DNA of 64,000 nucleotides from positions 82,363 to 146,362 of the forward strand of contig WGLU01000004.1 of the NCBI GenBank assembly GCA_016125375.1. The letters run 5' to 3'. The notes beneath the pieces are model-generated. The model ran no database searches, had not been told where the DNA came from, and saw only the letters and a list, made by a program, of their open reading frames with translations. Origin of the DNA: Pseudomonadota bacterium. GTDB lineage: Bacteria > Pseudomonadota > Alphaproteobacteria > UBA1280 > RI-95. The translations under genes were made by a program, and so were the position numbers. Positions 28,635 to 38,788 of the stretch are shown piece after piece (positions within the stretch are counted from its first letter, which is position 1; every line of letters begins with the position of its first letter).

Positions 28635-29885
28635 ATGTACAGTATCGACACATCCGGCTTGCCCGACCTCTGGCAGAGTCCTGCCTATACAGGTGCGGCA
28701 AAAACGGCGTTGGACGGTTTTGTCGATGGCCTTCGTGACGGTACGTATCCGGCCTTCACACTGGCGCTGGACGATGCCGATCTTGCCCCCTTGCGCACAC
28801 TGGCCGACAAGATTGCAACCCGTTACAGCCATGTGGTTTTTGCCGGTATGGGCGGTTCCGCTCTGGGCGGGCGACTGCTGGCGGATTTTGCGGGTGCCGG
28901 CAGCTTTCATACCCCACAGCTGCATTTTCTGGATAACGATGACCCGGTCACCATAGCGCGCCTCTACGGCCATCTGCCGCTAAGCGAAACGCTCATGGTT
29001 GCGGTGTCCAAATCCGGCAGTACCGCGGAAACGCTGCTCGCCGCACTCACGTGGATTGAAGAACTCCACCACGAAGGCCTTTCTGTCCGCGACCACCTGA
29101 TGCTCCTGACCGAGGAAGGCACAAATGCCATGCGTTCACTGGCTGCAGTCTATGACCTGACGACATTGCCTCATGACCCCAAAGTGGGGGGACGTTTCTC
29201 GGTCCTCAGCAATGTTGGCCTGCTTCCGGCGCTGCTCGCAGGTGTGGATGTGCTCTCGCTCCGTCATGGTGCACGTAACGTGTTGAAAGAATTCATGTCT
29301 AATCCGCAAACATCCCTGCCTGCCCAAACCGCCTTCGCCGCGGTCAAAGCGGCAGAATTCGGCATGGCTTCGGAAGTGCTGATGCCCTACAGCGACCGTC
29401 TTGCCCGCCTAGGCCCATGGTTTGCCCAGCTTTGGGCGGAAAGTCTGGGTAAACAAGGCAAAGGCACCACACCTATTGCCGCGCTTGGTGCGACAGACCA
29501 GCATTCCGTCTTGCAACTGTTCGCCGACGGTCCGGACGATAAACTTTACACATTCATTTTGACGGACTGCGCGGGAACCGGCCCCCGTATCGACCCATTA
29601 TTGGCCGAAAAAGCTAATGTACCGCACCTTGCGGGCATAACGGCTGGTGACCTTATCCGCGCACAGGGCGAGGGGACAATTGCTTCTCTGCGCGGATTTG
29701 GTCGGCCCGTGCGCGTTATAGATACGCCGCCGCTGGACGAGGCTGTGCTGGGTGCCTTGCTCATGCATTTTATGCTGACAACTGTTTGCGCAGCGAGCTT
29801 GTGGGGAATTAATCCTTTCGACCAGCCCGCAGTGGAGGATGGTAAACGTCGTGCACTGGCTATTTTGAAGGAAAATGCTGCATGA
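28635..29885 (+). CDS. pgi: Glucose-6-phosphate isomerase, short type
   Basis: 416-aa ORF with SKSGSTAET and GGRFSVLSNVGLLP signatures. Confidence 0.8.
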   Translation: MYSIDTSGLPDLWQSPAYTGAAKTALDGFVDGLRDGTYPAFTLALDDADLAPLRTLADKIATRYSHVVFAGMGGSALGGRLLADFAGAGSFHTPQLHFLDNDDPVTIARLYGHLPLSETLMVAVSKSGSTAETLLAALTWIEELHHEGLSVRDHLMLLTEEGTNAMRSLAAVYDLTTLPHDPKVGGRFSVLSNVGLLPALLAGVDVLSLRHGARNVLKEFMSNPQTSLPAQTAFAAVKAAEFGMASEVLMPYSDRLARLGPWFAQLWAESLGKQGKGTTPIAALGATDQHSVLQLFADGPDDKLYTFILTDCAGTGPRIDPLLAEKANVPHLAGITAGDLIRAQGEGTIASLRGFGRPVRVIDTPPLDEAVLGALLMHFMLTTVCAASLWGINPFDQPAVEDGKRRALAILKENAA

Positions 29886-31693
29886 GTCGTAAACCTATTC
29901 AAGTCCTGCCGGACGCACTTGCAAACCAGATTGCAGCGGGCGAGGTGGTCGAGCGTCCTGCCTCTGTCGTGAAGGAATTGGTGGAAAACGCACTGGATGC
30001 TGGCGCGCGCCACATTGATGTGACGGTTGAGGATGCCGGCCTGACACGTCTTGTCGTATCCGATGACGGATCCGGCATTCCTAGAGACGAGCTTCCTCTT
30101 GCGCTGGCTCGCCACGCCACCAGCAAAATTGCCAAGACCGCGGATTTGTTTCACATCACCACCATGGGCTTCCGCGGTGAGGCACTGCCGTCTATCGCAT
30201 CGGTGAGCCGCTTCAAGTTAACCAGCAGAGCAGAAGGGCAAACCGAGGCGTGGGAGATGGCTTGCGTCGGCGGTAAACTGGAGCAGCCCAAGCCCGCCGC
30301 GCGACCTCAAGGTACGACGATTGAAGTAGCGGATTTGTTTTTTAACACGCCGGCGCGCCGTAAGTTCCTCAAGTCGCTGCGGACCGAGCAGGAGCAGGTG
30401 ACGGACGTTGTTGTGCGCCTAGCGCTGGCGAACCCGGCTTGCACATTTACACTTACCGCGGATGGCCGGGAACAGTTGCGCTTTGATGGTACCCAAGGGG
30501 ACTTGTTGGAGGATTACCTCCCCCGCCTTGGAAGCTTTTTGGGTAAGGATTTTGTTGCCAATGCATTGACCATTGATGCCGGGCGCGAAGACATGCATCT
30601 GAGTGGCTTCGCAAGCTTACCTACATACAATGTTGGCAGTGCACGCCGCCAGTATATGTTTGTGAATGGCCGTCCGGTGAAGGATAAGGTCCTCCTGAGT
30701 GCCCTCAAGCAGGCATACCATGACCTGCTGGCTAAAGACCGTCACCCCGTTGCTGTTCTGTTTATTGATGTGCCGCCGGAAAGTGTGGATGTGAACGTGC
30801 ATCCCGCCAAGGCCGAGGTCCGCTTTAAAAACAGCGGTGACGTGTTTGCCCTGATTCGTGGCGGTGTGCGCCGCAGTTTGGATGGGGCAAGCCAAAAGGT
30901 TAGCAGCACGCCTGCGGCTGCTGCACTGGCCAAGTTTACAACGCCGGCGTCGCTGCCCGTACAGACAACTTTTGCAAGTCTGAACGCGCAGCCGTACCGG
31001 CCGACATACGTTGCTGAGGAGCAGCGTGACAATGCCGTAGCCTTTCAGGCCCCCCCGCTGGCACGCACGCCTGATGCCGGACATGTGCAACAGGCTGTTA
31101 GCGATTATGCGGCTTTCCCGATGGGAGCGGCGGTTGCGCAAATCCACGGCACGTATATTCTGGCGCAGACAGACCGTGGCATGATTATGGTCGACCAGCA
31201 TGCGGCTCATGAGCGCCTGGTGTATGAACGCCTGAAACTACAGGTTCTGAACAAAACCGTAGAGCGGCAGGCCTTGCTACTGCCCGAAGTGATTGAGTTA
31301 CCTGCTGCTGATGTCAGCTTGTTGGCTGACCATCAGGACGAACTTGCCGCTATCGGACTGGAAGTGGAGCCTTTCGGTCCGTCTGCTGTGAGTGTACGGG
31401 CAACACCTGCCTTGCTGGGGAATATGAATGCGGTTGCTCTTGTCCGGGATTTGATAGATGACCTGCACGAGTTGGGCAAGGGCCAAACCCTGATGAGCAA
31501 ACTGGAAGAAACGTTATCCACTATGGCCTGTCACGGCAGCATACGGGCAAACCGCAAGCTGACGCTGGATGAAATGAACGCTCTGCTGCGCCAGATGGAA
31601 GAAACACCCAACTCCGCCCAATGTAATCATGGGCGCCCGACCTATGTTGAGCTGGCGCTGCCGGATATTGAACGCCTGTTCGGTCGCCGATAG
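29882..31693 (+). CDS. mutL: DNA mismatch repair protein MutL
   Basis: It carries the GHKL ATPase N-terminus (IAAGEVVERPASVVKELVENALDAGA, DDGSGI). It has an ATGA overlap with pgi. Confidence 0.9.
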   Translation: MSRKPIQVLPDALANQIAAGEVVERPASVVKELVENALDAGARHIDVTVEDAGLTRLVVSDDGSGIPRDELPLALARHATSKIAKTADLFHITTMGFRGEALPSIASVSRFKLTSRAEGQTEAWEMACVGGKLEQPKPAARPQGTTIEVADLFFNTPARRKFLKSLRTEQEQVTDVVVRLALANPACTFTLTADGREQLRFDGTQGDLLEDYLPRLGSFLGKDFVANALTIDAGREDMHLSGFASLPTYNVGSARRQYMFVNGRPVKDKVLLSALKQAYHDLLAKDRHPVAVLFIDVPPESVDVNVHPAKAEVRFKNSGDVFALIRGGVRRSLDGASQKVSSTPAAAALAKFTTPASLPVQTTFASLNAQPYRPTYVAEEQRDNAVAFQAPPLARTPDAGHVQQAVSDYAAFPMGAAVAQIHGTYILAQTDRGMIMVDQHAAHERLVYERLKLQVLNKTVERQALLLPEVIELPAADVSLLADHQDELAAIGLEVEPFGPSAVSVRATPALLGNMNAVALVRDLIDDLHELGKGQTLMSKLEETLSTMACHGSIRANRKLTLDEMNALLRQMEETPNSAQCNHGRPTYVELALPDIERLFGRR

Positions 31694-31743
31694 CGCTTGC
31701 GTTTTTATGTAATTGCTAGAAAATGTAACGACAACAATGATTT

Positions 31744-32460
31744 ATGAAGGTTTTGGCATGCATGCCTAAAATACTGGTGCTCAAACACAAAAAGGTCCCT
31801 TACGATGACTTGGGATTGCTGCGCAAAGCCTTTATTCGTAATGGTTTTGATCTGGAGGAGCGGGTTGCGCTGCGCGGGGATCCATTGCCGGATACGCTGG
31901 ACGGCTACGAAGGTATGGTTGTGATGGGCGGCAAAATGGGCGTTTATGACAATCTGCCTGCCATCAACGACGAAATGCGGCTCATGGATAAAGTGCTGAC
32001 GTCGGCCAGTCCGAAACCAGTTTTTGGGGTATGCTTGGGCTGCCAGATGCTGGCGACCGTTGCCGGCGGGACTGTGCACAAGGGCGACAAAGGGTTTGAA
32101 ACAGGTTTTGTAACCGTTCGCAATGTTACGGATGACAGCGTTTTTGGTGATGAGCTGAATGGAGCACAGGTTTATCAGTGGCATCAGGATACATTTACTC
32201 TGGCGCCCGCTGCCCGCCACCTGATGAAGGGGGATACCTATGCCCATCAAGCCATCCGTTTCGGAATGTACGCCTACGGTACCCAGTTCCATCCTGAGGT
32301 GGATACCGCAATCATGCGTGCCTGGCATACCGAACCGGAAGCTGATGAGGGCATTCCGTCCGGCACAAAACCTTTGGCGCACGATCTGCAAGTCGCGACG
32401 GATGCGCTGCCGAAGATTGACCGCTGGTTGAACCGGTTTGTAAAAGATTTTTATAAGTAA
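31744..32460 (+). CDS. Class I glutamine amidotransferase-like protein
   Basis: Catalytic Cys block GVCLGCQMLA and His block GTQFHPE. Confidence 0.75.
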   Translation: MKVLACMPKILVLKHKKVPYDDLGLLRKAFIRNGFDLEERVALRGDPLPDTLDGYEGMVVMGGKMGVYDNLPAINDEMRLMDKVLTSASPKPVFGVCLGCQMLATVAGGTVHKGDKGFETGFVTVRNVTDDSVFGDELNGAQVYQWHQDTFTLAPAARHLMKGDTYAHQAIRFGMYAYGTQFHPEVDTAIMRAWHTEPEADEGIPSGTKPLAHDLQVATDALPKIDRWLNRFVKDFYK

Positions 32461-32480
32461 CGGAAGATTGGAAAATTAGT

Positions 32481-32855
32481 ATGGCTATTCGTCATTTGAA
32501 CTCTCTGGACGGGCGCATTGAAACTATGCAGCGCCGCCGCCGTATGGCTGCTCTTGTTGTTTTTCTGAGCGTCCTGATGTGGGGTGCGTTGGTATTGGAA
32601 TATATGGATGCGCAGAAGACAGGCGCAACCCACCACCTGACGCAGTATTTTATTTTGGATGTGGTTGTGTTCCAGCTGGCTTTGTGGCTGGCACTGGTTT
32701 TCCGTAAGGTTGTGGGTATCGCACTGTTTGTTGCGCTGCTGGGCTTCCATGTATGGATGTACGAGCAGACAGGTATCTTCCCGCCGAAAGAAGCCGCCAT
32801 ACAGGGCGCTTTGGAGCTTATCCAGCATAAGCCGCTGGCAGAGTCCGTACAGTAA
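32481..32855 (+). CDS. Hypothetical membrane protein (124 aa, 3 predicted TM)
   Basis: It has hydrophobic segments and good codon usage, with no motif. Confidence 0.45.
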   Translation: MAIRHLNSLDGRIETMQRRRRMAALVVFLSVLMWGALVLEYMDAQKTGATHHLTQYFILDVVVFQLALWLALVFRKVVGIALFVALLGFHVWMYEQTGIFPPKEAAIQGALELIQHKPLAESVQ

Positions 32856-32882
32856 TGAACAAACCCCGCACTGTGGGGTTTG

Positions 32883-33416
32883 TTAGTTCTGGCGGAGGAG
32901 GGTAATAGTTCCTGCGCCGTAAGTGCGTTCGGCAATGTGGGTAAAGGGGCCCAGATGCGTAAGGTCAGGGCCAATACGGCCTGTCTCGGCTTCGACCACC
33001 CAAATAGTACCGCTTTTCCCGATGCTGGCATGCATGGCGAGCGTTTTCTCGGTGAGTCCCAGATTGTAGGGCGGATCCAGAAAAATAATATCCGCAGGGG
33101 CCAGTGGTTTGTAACGCAGCGCGTTGGCCTTGATAACTGTGCATGTACCCGTTACACCGAACTTGGTAACGTTCTGCTGGGCATATTGCGAGTCTAGGTC
33201 AACAAAGGTGACATGGGCAGCCCCGCGCGAAAGTGCTTCAAGGCCAAGGGCACCAGTGCCGCAGAACAGGTCCAGTACCTGCACGCCATCAACATTTGCA
33301 TGACTGTTAAGCATGTTAAAAACAGCCTCGCGCGCACGGGCGGCTGTGGGGCGTACATCCCTTCCTTTGGGTCCGGCCAGAACACGGCCGCGCAATGTGC
33401 CTGCGATGATGCGCAT
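32883..33416 (-). CDS. rsmD: 16S rRNA (guanine966-N2)-methyltransferase RsmD
   Basis: It carries the DLFCGTGALGLEALSRGA SAM motif and the DPPY motif. Confidence 0.8.
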   Translation of the reverse strand: MRIIAGTLRGRVLAGPKGRDVRPTAARAREAVFNMLNSHANVDGVQVLDLFCGTGALGLEALSRGAAHVTFVDLDSQYAQQNVTKFGVTGTCTVIKANALRYKPLAPADIIFLDPPYNLGLTEKTLAMHASIGKSGTIWVVEAETGRIGPDLTHLGPFTHIAERTYGAGTITLLRQN

Positions 33417-34183
33417 CAGGCTTTGCCTTCCAGCTCTTTCAGCAATTTTTTGACGGTGTGTTGGGGGACTTCCACCAGCGCGCCCCTAGGCAGCTCTCCC
33501 AGCCGGAATGGCCCGTAAGCGGTCCTCAACAGGCGGTTTACCTGAAAGCCGAAGTGTTCCAGCATTTTACGGATTTCGCGGTTTTTACCTTCGGTCAGGG
33601 TGATGGTCATCCAGTGGTTTGTGCCGCTGGTTGGGGCGGCGTCTAGCGTAACCTCGGCAGGGCGGTATTGAATACCCTCGATTTTAAGGCCCGCACGCAT
33701 GGCTGCAAGGTGTTTTTCCTGCGGTTTTCCTTGTATGCGCACACGATAGGTACGTTCCAAACCAGTCGCAGGCAGGGTCAGTTTGCGGGACAGGTCGCCG
33801 TCATTTGTGAGAAGCAGCAGGCCCTCGCTGTTAAAGTCAAGGCGGCCGACAAGCACAAGGCGCGGTACATTCGGGGGCAAAAGGTCGAAGACTGTCTGGC
33901 GCCCGCGGTCATCTTTGCTGGTGCAGAGCACGCCTGTGGGTTTGTAAAAGCGGAACAACCGAGGTGTGGCATCGGCCTGCGCGGCGGCAACAGGTTTGCC
34001 GTCTACGACAATTTTATCGGTGGCTGTAACATTGAATGCGGGTGTGGTGACGATTTTACCATTTACCTGCACACGGCCTGCAGCAATGATTTTTTCCGCA
34101 TCGCGGCGGCTGGCAATACCTGCGTGTGCCAGCCGTTTGGCCAGCCGTTCGCCGGATTTTTGACTATCTGTATGTGTGCTCAT
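33416..34183 (-). CDS. rRNA pseudouridine synthase, RsuA/RluB family
   Basis: It has an S4 domain N-terminus (RLAKRLAHAGIASRRDAEKII) plus the catalytic GRLDFNSEGLLLLTNDG block. Confidence 0.8.
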   Translation of the reverse strand: MSTHTDSQKSGERLAKRLAHAGIASRRDAEKIIAAGRVQVNGKIVTTPAFNVTATDKIVVDGKPVAAAQADATPRLFRFYKPTGVLCTSKDDRGRQTVFDLLPPNVPRLVLVGRLDFNSEGLLLLTNDGDLSRKLTLPATGLERTYRVRIQGKPQEKHLAAMRAGLKIEGIQYRPAEVTLDAAPTSGTNHWMTITLTEGKNREIRKMLEHFGFQVNRLLRTAYGPFRLGELPRGALVEVPQHTVKKLLKELEGKA

Positions 34184-34194
34184 GGCTAGCCTAT

Positions 34195-34956
34195 TTAAGC
34201 ACGCTTGGCAGCCCGCACAAGGGCATTGAACAAATTACCGTGTGGGCCGCCGGTCAGGAACTCCGGGTGCCATTGCACGCCCATGACAAAATCGTGTTGT
34301 GTGGACTCTATTCCTTCGGGTACGCCATCGGGTGCTGTTGCGTTAATGACCATGCCCTCACCTACGTTTTTAACGGCCATGTGGTGGGCAGAGTTGACGG
34401 CCAGACGGTCCACGCCCGATATGCTGCGCAATTTGGTGCCCTCTGTAATGTGCACGTCGTGAACGTACTCTTCCCGCTCGTAAAAGCAAAAGTGGTTGAT
34501 ATTAGAGGGGAAATGGTTGGGTATGTGCTGGTAGAGCGTGCCTCCCGTCAGTACATTGATGAGTTGAACACCCGAGCAGATGCCCAACATGGGCTTGCCG
34601 CTTTCAAGGGCTTTTCTGCCAAGCGACATGTCAAAGTTTGTGCGTTGGGAATCGAGGTACAGAGTGTCGGTCTGGATGTCCTCGCCATAGGCCTCGGGGG
34701 GGATATCCATCAGACCGCCGACAAATAAAAAGCCGTCAACAAGCTCAACATACTGCTCGATACTGTCAAACGCGTGCGGCAGCAGAACGGGTACACCGCC
34801 GGCAGCTTCAACAGCAAGATGGTATTTGAGATTAATCACATGGTGCGCATACGGCGTATGTCCGATGCCCACGCGCACGTTCTGCAACAGGGGGTGGTCA
34901 CTCTGCCCGCCGGGATAGTAGTCTACATTCAAGCCAATAACGGGTTTACGCGCCAT
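34195..34956 (-). CDS. Gamma-glutamyl-GABA hydrolase-like (peptidase C26 / GATase1) protein
   Basis: Catalytic GICSGVQLIN and WHPE blocks. The start was placed at MARKPVIGLNVDYY. Confidence 0.75.
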   Translation of the reverse strand: MARKPVIGLNVDYYPGGQSDHPLLQNVRVGIGHTPYAHHVINLKYHLAVEAAGGVPVLLPHAFDSIEQYVELVDGFLFVGGLMDIPPEAYGEDIQTDTLYLDSQRTNFDMSLGRKALESGKPMLGICSGVQLINVLTGGTLYQHIPNHFPSNINHFCFYEREEYVHDVHITEGTKLRSISGVDRLAVNSAHHMAVKNVGEGMVINATAPDGVPEGIESTQHDFVMGVQWHPEFLTGGPHGNLFNALVRAAKRA

Positions 34957-35005
34957 AACATATTGTCCTTGCCAGTTATTTGCAGTTTGTCCTAGATTTG
35001 CCCAT

Positions 35006-35485
35006 ATGGATATACACACCCACATGATGGAGCTGGCTCTGGATGAAGCCCGCAGTGCTGCCCAAAGGGGCGAGGTGCCTGTTGGCGCCGTCGTCTATCA
35101 GCCTGACGGCACGGTGCTTGCAAAAGCCGGTAACCGCGTTGTGGAAAAAGCTGATCCCACTGCCCATGCCGAGGTGGAGGCCCTGCGCGCAGCTTGTGCT
35201 GCACTGGGGCGCCCGCGACTGGACGGATGCGTGATTGCCGTTACGCTGGAGCCTTGTGCCATGTGCGCACAGGCAATAGCGCTTGCAAGGTTGCAAGAAT
35301 TACGGTTTGGCGCGCATGATGTCAAGAGCGGGGGTACCTTGAACGGGGTACGGGTGTTTAATAATCCCGCATGCCACCACAAGCCTGCGGTTGTAGACGG
35401 CCAGATGGCCGAAGAAAGTAAACAGCTGTTGCAGAGTTTTTTTAAAGCCAGACGCAACAAAAAGGACGAGGTCGAAAAACCGTGA
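35006..35485 (+). CDS. tadA: tRNA adenosine(34) deaminase TadA
   Basis: It carries the HAEVEAL and PCAMCAQA zinc-binding motifs. Confidence 0.85.
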   Translation: MDIHTHMMELALDEARSAAQRGEVPVGAVVYQPDGTVLAKAGNRVVEKADPTAHAEVEALRAACAALGRPRLDGCVIAVTLEPCAMCAQAIALARLQELRFGAHDVKSGGTLNGVRVFNNPACHHKPAVVDGQMAEESKQLLQSFFKARRNKKDEVEKP

Positions 35486-36027
35486 GCTGGTCGGATGCGC
35501 AATTAGAAAAAATGGTCCAACACTTGCGTGAAGGGGACGTGGTCGCCGCGCCTGCTGAAGGTGTGTATGGCTTGTGTGCCGACCCCTTTAACCACGATGC
35601 TTTGCAGAGCCTGTTGGCGATCAAGGACCGCAACCCCGGTAAAGGCTTTGTGGTGCTTGTAGAAAAACCTGGGCATTTGTCGCTGCTGACAGAGACACTG
35701 GCCAAATACCACTGGGAAGCTATTGATAAGTATTGGCCTGGCCCTGTCACGTTGTTGCTGCCAGCCCGTGCGGATGTGCCGCCGCTCCTGACAGGTGGTG
35801 GAGACAAGATTGCCGTGCGTATGCCATCTGCCCCTCACGTGCTGGGGTACCTTAAGGCCTGGGGCGGGCCATTGGTGTCGACCTCCGCGAACCTCAGCGG
35901 AGAAAAACCGGCCCAATCCCCGGCCGAATTGCCGGATGACAGCGGCTATGTGCTGGAAAGCCCGGTGAAGCTGGATGGCAGTGTGTCGCGTATTCTGGAT
36001 GTAGAGTCTGGCCACTGGGTCCGCTAA
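35482..36027 (+). CDS. tsaC: L-threonylcarbamoyladenylate synthase TsaC (YrdC family)
   Basis: 181-aa ORF with YrdC fold blocks (PAEGVYGLCADP, KPGHLSLL, GPLVSTSANLSGE). Confidence 0.8.
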   Translation: MSWSDAQLEKMVQHLREGDVVAAPAEGVYGLCADPFNHDALQSLLAIKDRNPGKGFVVLVEKPGHLSLLTETLAKYHWEAIDKYWPGPVTLLLPARADVPPLLTGGGDKIAVRMPSAPHVLGYLKAWGGPLVSTSANLSGEKPAQSPAELPDDSGYVLESPVKLDGSVSRILDVESGHWVR

Positions 36028-36113
36028 CCTGTCAGTAAATCCCTTGAAATTATAAATGACCGTTCCCATAAACTCGTGAACGGTAACTCAAGTCTCTTTC
36101 AGGGGAAACTGAC

Positions 36114-38132
36114 ATGGCAGAAACACCAACCCGGTTTGGCGCCCCCCGCGGCCAGCGCCGCCCGGAACCACAAAAAGAACCAGAAAAACAGCGTTGGACT
36201 GATGATCTGGCCCGCGAGGCCTATTCCATGATCGGAAGCGGCAAAGAGGGTGACACCTGGTATGCTGAGCGCCGTAAAATCTACGAAAACGTAGACTTTA
36301 ACAACATTTTTGACGGCATTAACCTGCGCATTGAGCGTTTGGGTGGTCAGCGGATGACACCGGCCGGTGCACGCGACATGGTTAAAAACAATCCGGATAT
36401 TGAGTTTCTAGAGCAGAAAGCCCAGGCCGCCAAGCAAATGGGTCAAACCTCGGCTGCGCCTAAAGAGCTGGGCGACAACACGGTCCTGGAACAAATGACG
36501 CAGGATATGCGTCAGGTCGGCGGGATTGTGAAGCACTTTGAATCCCAGGTGCTGATTGCCCGTGAGCAGGTCAAAAAACAGATGACACCGTTTTTTGAGA
36601 AGACTTACGTCACATCCATCATGGCTCAGGAGACTTTTGAACAGGTTGCTTCCAGCCATGACCCAATCCGTACCATGAAAGTACGCCTGCAGGAAACAAA
36701 GGCGAACATGGCCGCTGTCGAGAAGGTCGACTTTGATGCGCTGATGCAGGAAGCTAAGGGAGAAAGCCGAACCTTTGCCCAGCTTGCTTTGAAAACCTAC
36801 CCCGACCTGTTTGGCGAGCTGCGTGGTAAGAATATTCCAAAAGGACTGTTCCGTAAGGGCGGACCAGACGCTGAGCGTCAGCGGGCGTTTGCGGCTGTGC
36901 AAGATTATCATCCACGTGACTTTGCGGACGCTGAACTCGGGTTGGCAAAAACCGAGATGATTGCGGCCATGGTTCAGCAGAAGTTCCAGCAGATTGACGG
37001 CCATTACCGCAAGGCGCTGGAAATTGAGCTGATGGGCAAGCTCGACATGTATAACGATATTATGGCCCAACGTGCAGGTGTACAACCTGCCCGCAGCAGT
37101 GCCGCATTTGTGGCGCCGCAGCCTGAGGTGACTGAAGCACAACGTACTGCTCCCGAAGGTCAGGAACTTGATGGTGGTGTCCGCGAAGCTGCTGTGCAGC
37201 CTCAGGAAGCCGGGCAGCCGGATCGTCCTGATATGCAGATGCAGTGGGAGAAGGTGCCGAGCAAGGATGATCCATCCAAAATGGTTCTGGAACCACGATG
37301 GACAGCTGAAGCCCCAGAACAAATGGCTGAGCAGGGGCAGGATGCAGCGCAGGCAACCGTGAATCCGCATGGATTTAAGGAAGTAAAGCGTGCGCACTTC
37401 TTGTCCGAGAATCAAATTGCCGCAGCTCAGAAACGAGTGGAGAAGGCATTCCCGACAGAGCCTGATCTGGCAGCTGGCGAGAACCCGCTGGGCCTTAAGG
37501 TTGCGCAGCGTGCACGATTCATGACCCCCAAGCAGCTTGAAACCTTGCAGAAACGCTTTGCCAAGAACTTTCCTGCACAGGATGGGACAACAAAATATGT
37601 GCCCATGCATACTGTGCTGAAAGAGGAACGTGCGGCAGCCAAGGCCGAACGTGAGGCCCGTAAGGCTGCTAAATTAGCAGAACAGGGGCCGGTTGAACCT
37701 GTACAGACAGCACCGGAAGTTGCTGTTGCCCAACCAGCTGCCCCTGCCGTGCAGGAGCCGACAGCTGCGCCACAGCCGCAGGCCGAGGTGCGGGACAATA
37801 CCCTGCGTGCAGACCGTTCTGTACCGCCGCGTAACCCGGATATGCCGGAATTGCGCGCTACACGTGACGAGCCGGAAGTTCTGGGCCGTGCGCCCGCAGT
37901 GGGCGGTGTGACGCGTGAGGAGGCTGAAGCGGCCGGCAAAGGTCATCTGTATAAAGGTGATGTTGAGCAGCCCGCCCCCGAAGCACCTGCCAGCGAGTTG
38001 AGCGGTTTGAGCTTTGAAGAACTGCGCGAGCGCTCCAGGGATTTGGATGCCCGTATTCAGGCTGCACGTGAACGTCATGACAACAATCCTGCTGTGGGTA
38101 CCGATAAATGGTGGGAAAAAGGCGGACGTTAA
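36114..38132 (+). CDS. Large hypothetical protein (672 aa) with internal tandem repeat and low-complexity C-terminal half
   Basis: It has no signal peptide or transmembrane segment. The repeat VKRAHFLSENQIAAAQKRVEKAFP / VAQRARFMTPKQLETLQKRFAKNFP lies at about 37381-37572. Confidence 0.6.
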   Translation: MAETPTRFGAPRGQRRPEPQKEPEKQRWTDDLAREAYSMIGSGKEGDTWYAERRKIYENVDFNNIFDGINLRIERLGGQRMTPAGARDMVKNNPDIEFLEQKAQAAKQMGQTSAAPKELGDNTVLEQMTQDMRQVGGIVKHFESQVLIAREQVKKQMTPFFEKTYVTSIMAQETFEQVASSHDPIRTMKVRLQETKANMAAVEKVDFDALMQEAKGESRTFAQLALKTYPDLFGELRGKNIPKGLFRKGGPDAERQRAFAAVQDYHPRDFADAELGLAKTEMIAAMVQQKFQQIDGHYRKALEIELMGKLDMYNDIMAQRAGVQPARSSAAFVAPQPEVTEAQRTAPEGQELDGGVREAAVQPQEAGQPDRPDMQMQWEKVPSKDDPSKMVLEPRWTAEAPEQMAEQGQDAAQATVNPHGFKEVKRAHFLSENQIAAAQKRVEKAFPTEPDLAAGENPLGLKVAQRARFMTPKQLETLQKRFAKNFPAQDGTTKYVPMHTVLKEERAAAKAEREARKAAKLAEQGPVEPVQTAPEVAVAQPAAPAVQEPTAAPQPQAEVRDNTLRADRSVPPRNPDMPELRATRDEPEVLGRAPAVGGVTREEAEAAGKGHLYKGDVEQPAPEAPASELSGLSFEELRERSRDLDARIQAARERHDNNPAVGTDKWWEKGGR

Positions 38133-38151
38133 GATTCAGTACACTGAAACA

Positions 38152-38182
38152 TAAAAAGCCTGCCAACCGGCAGGCTTTTTTA
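38152..38182. terminator. Bidirectional rho-independent terminator (hypothetical gene / greA)
   Basis: The hairpin aaaaagcctgcc-aacc-ggcaggctttttt. Confidence 0.75.
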
Positions 38183-38199
38183 CGTTCGTCCAGAGGGAA

Positions 38200-38685
38200 C
38201 TAGACCGAAATGGGTTTGAAGGCGACCTTGAGCACTTCGTAAATGCGCTCGCCGCCGGGTACGCGGACAGTAACCTCGTCACCTTCTTCCTTACCCAACA
38301 GCGCACGGCCAATGGGGGAGGAGGTGGACAGCAGGCCTTTGTCGAGGTCGGCTTCATCTGTACCAACCAGTGCGTAGGTGACTTCCTTGTCGGCGTCGAC
38401 ATCAACCAGTGTGACGGTAGCACCAAAAACAACTCGGCTGCCGCTCAGTTTAGTCGGGTCAATCACTTCAGCGGCGCCGATTTTTCCTTCCAGCTCGGCG
38501 ATGCGGCCTTCGATAAAGCTCTGCTTTTCTTTGGCGGAGCTGTATTCGGCATTTTCCGACAGGTCGCCGTGGTCACGGGCAACGGCAATAGCTTCAATAA
38601 TGGCGGGGCGCTCGACCTTGATCAGGTTGTTCAGTTCATCCTCAAGCTTTTTCAGGCCGCCGGGGGTCAGAGGGACACGGTTCAT
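38200..38685 (-). CDS. greA: Transcription elongation factor GreA
   Basis: Near-canonical GreA sequence (MNRVPLTPGGLKKLEDELNNL ... GDLSENAEY). Confidence 0.9.
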   Translation of the reverse strand: MNRVPLTPGGLKKLEDELNNLIKVERPAIIEAIAVARDHGDLSENAEYSSAKEKQSFIEGRIAELEGKIGAAEVIDPTKLSGSRVVFGATVTLVDVDADKEVTYALVGTDEADLDKGLLSTSSPIGRALLGKEEGDEVTVRVPGGERIYEVLKVAFKPISV

Positions 38686-38788
38686 CGTGTGCATCCATCC
38701 TTTCAACAAAATAATATCAGCCCTCTTATTTCAGGGGCGGGTCACCATACAGCAACCGGACGTTATGTGCAATACCCAACCGTGGAGG

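Noticed and set aside
36408-37610. 400-aa minus-strand ORF
   Set aside because: It is antisense to the 672-aa hypothetical gene. The plus-strand frame has the better start context and internal protein-like repeats, and the minus frame is Cys/Leu-rich with no motif. Because neither has a known homolog, the strand assignment carries some residual uncertainty.
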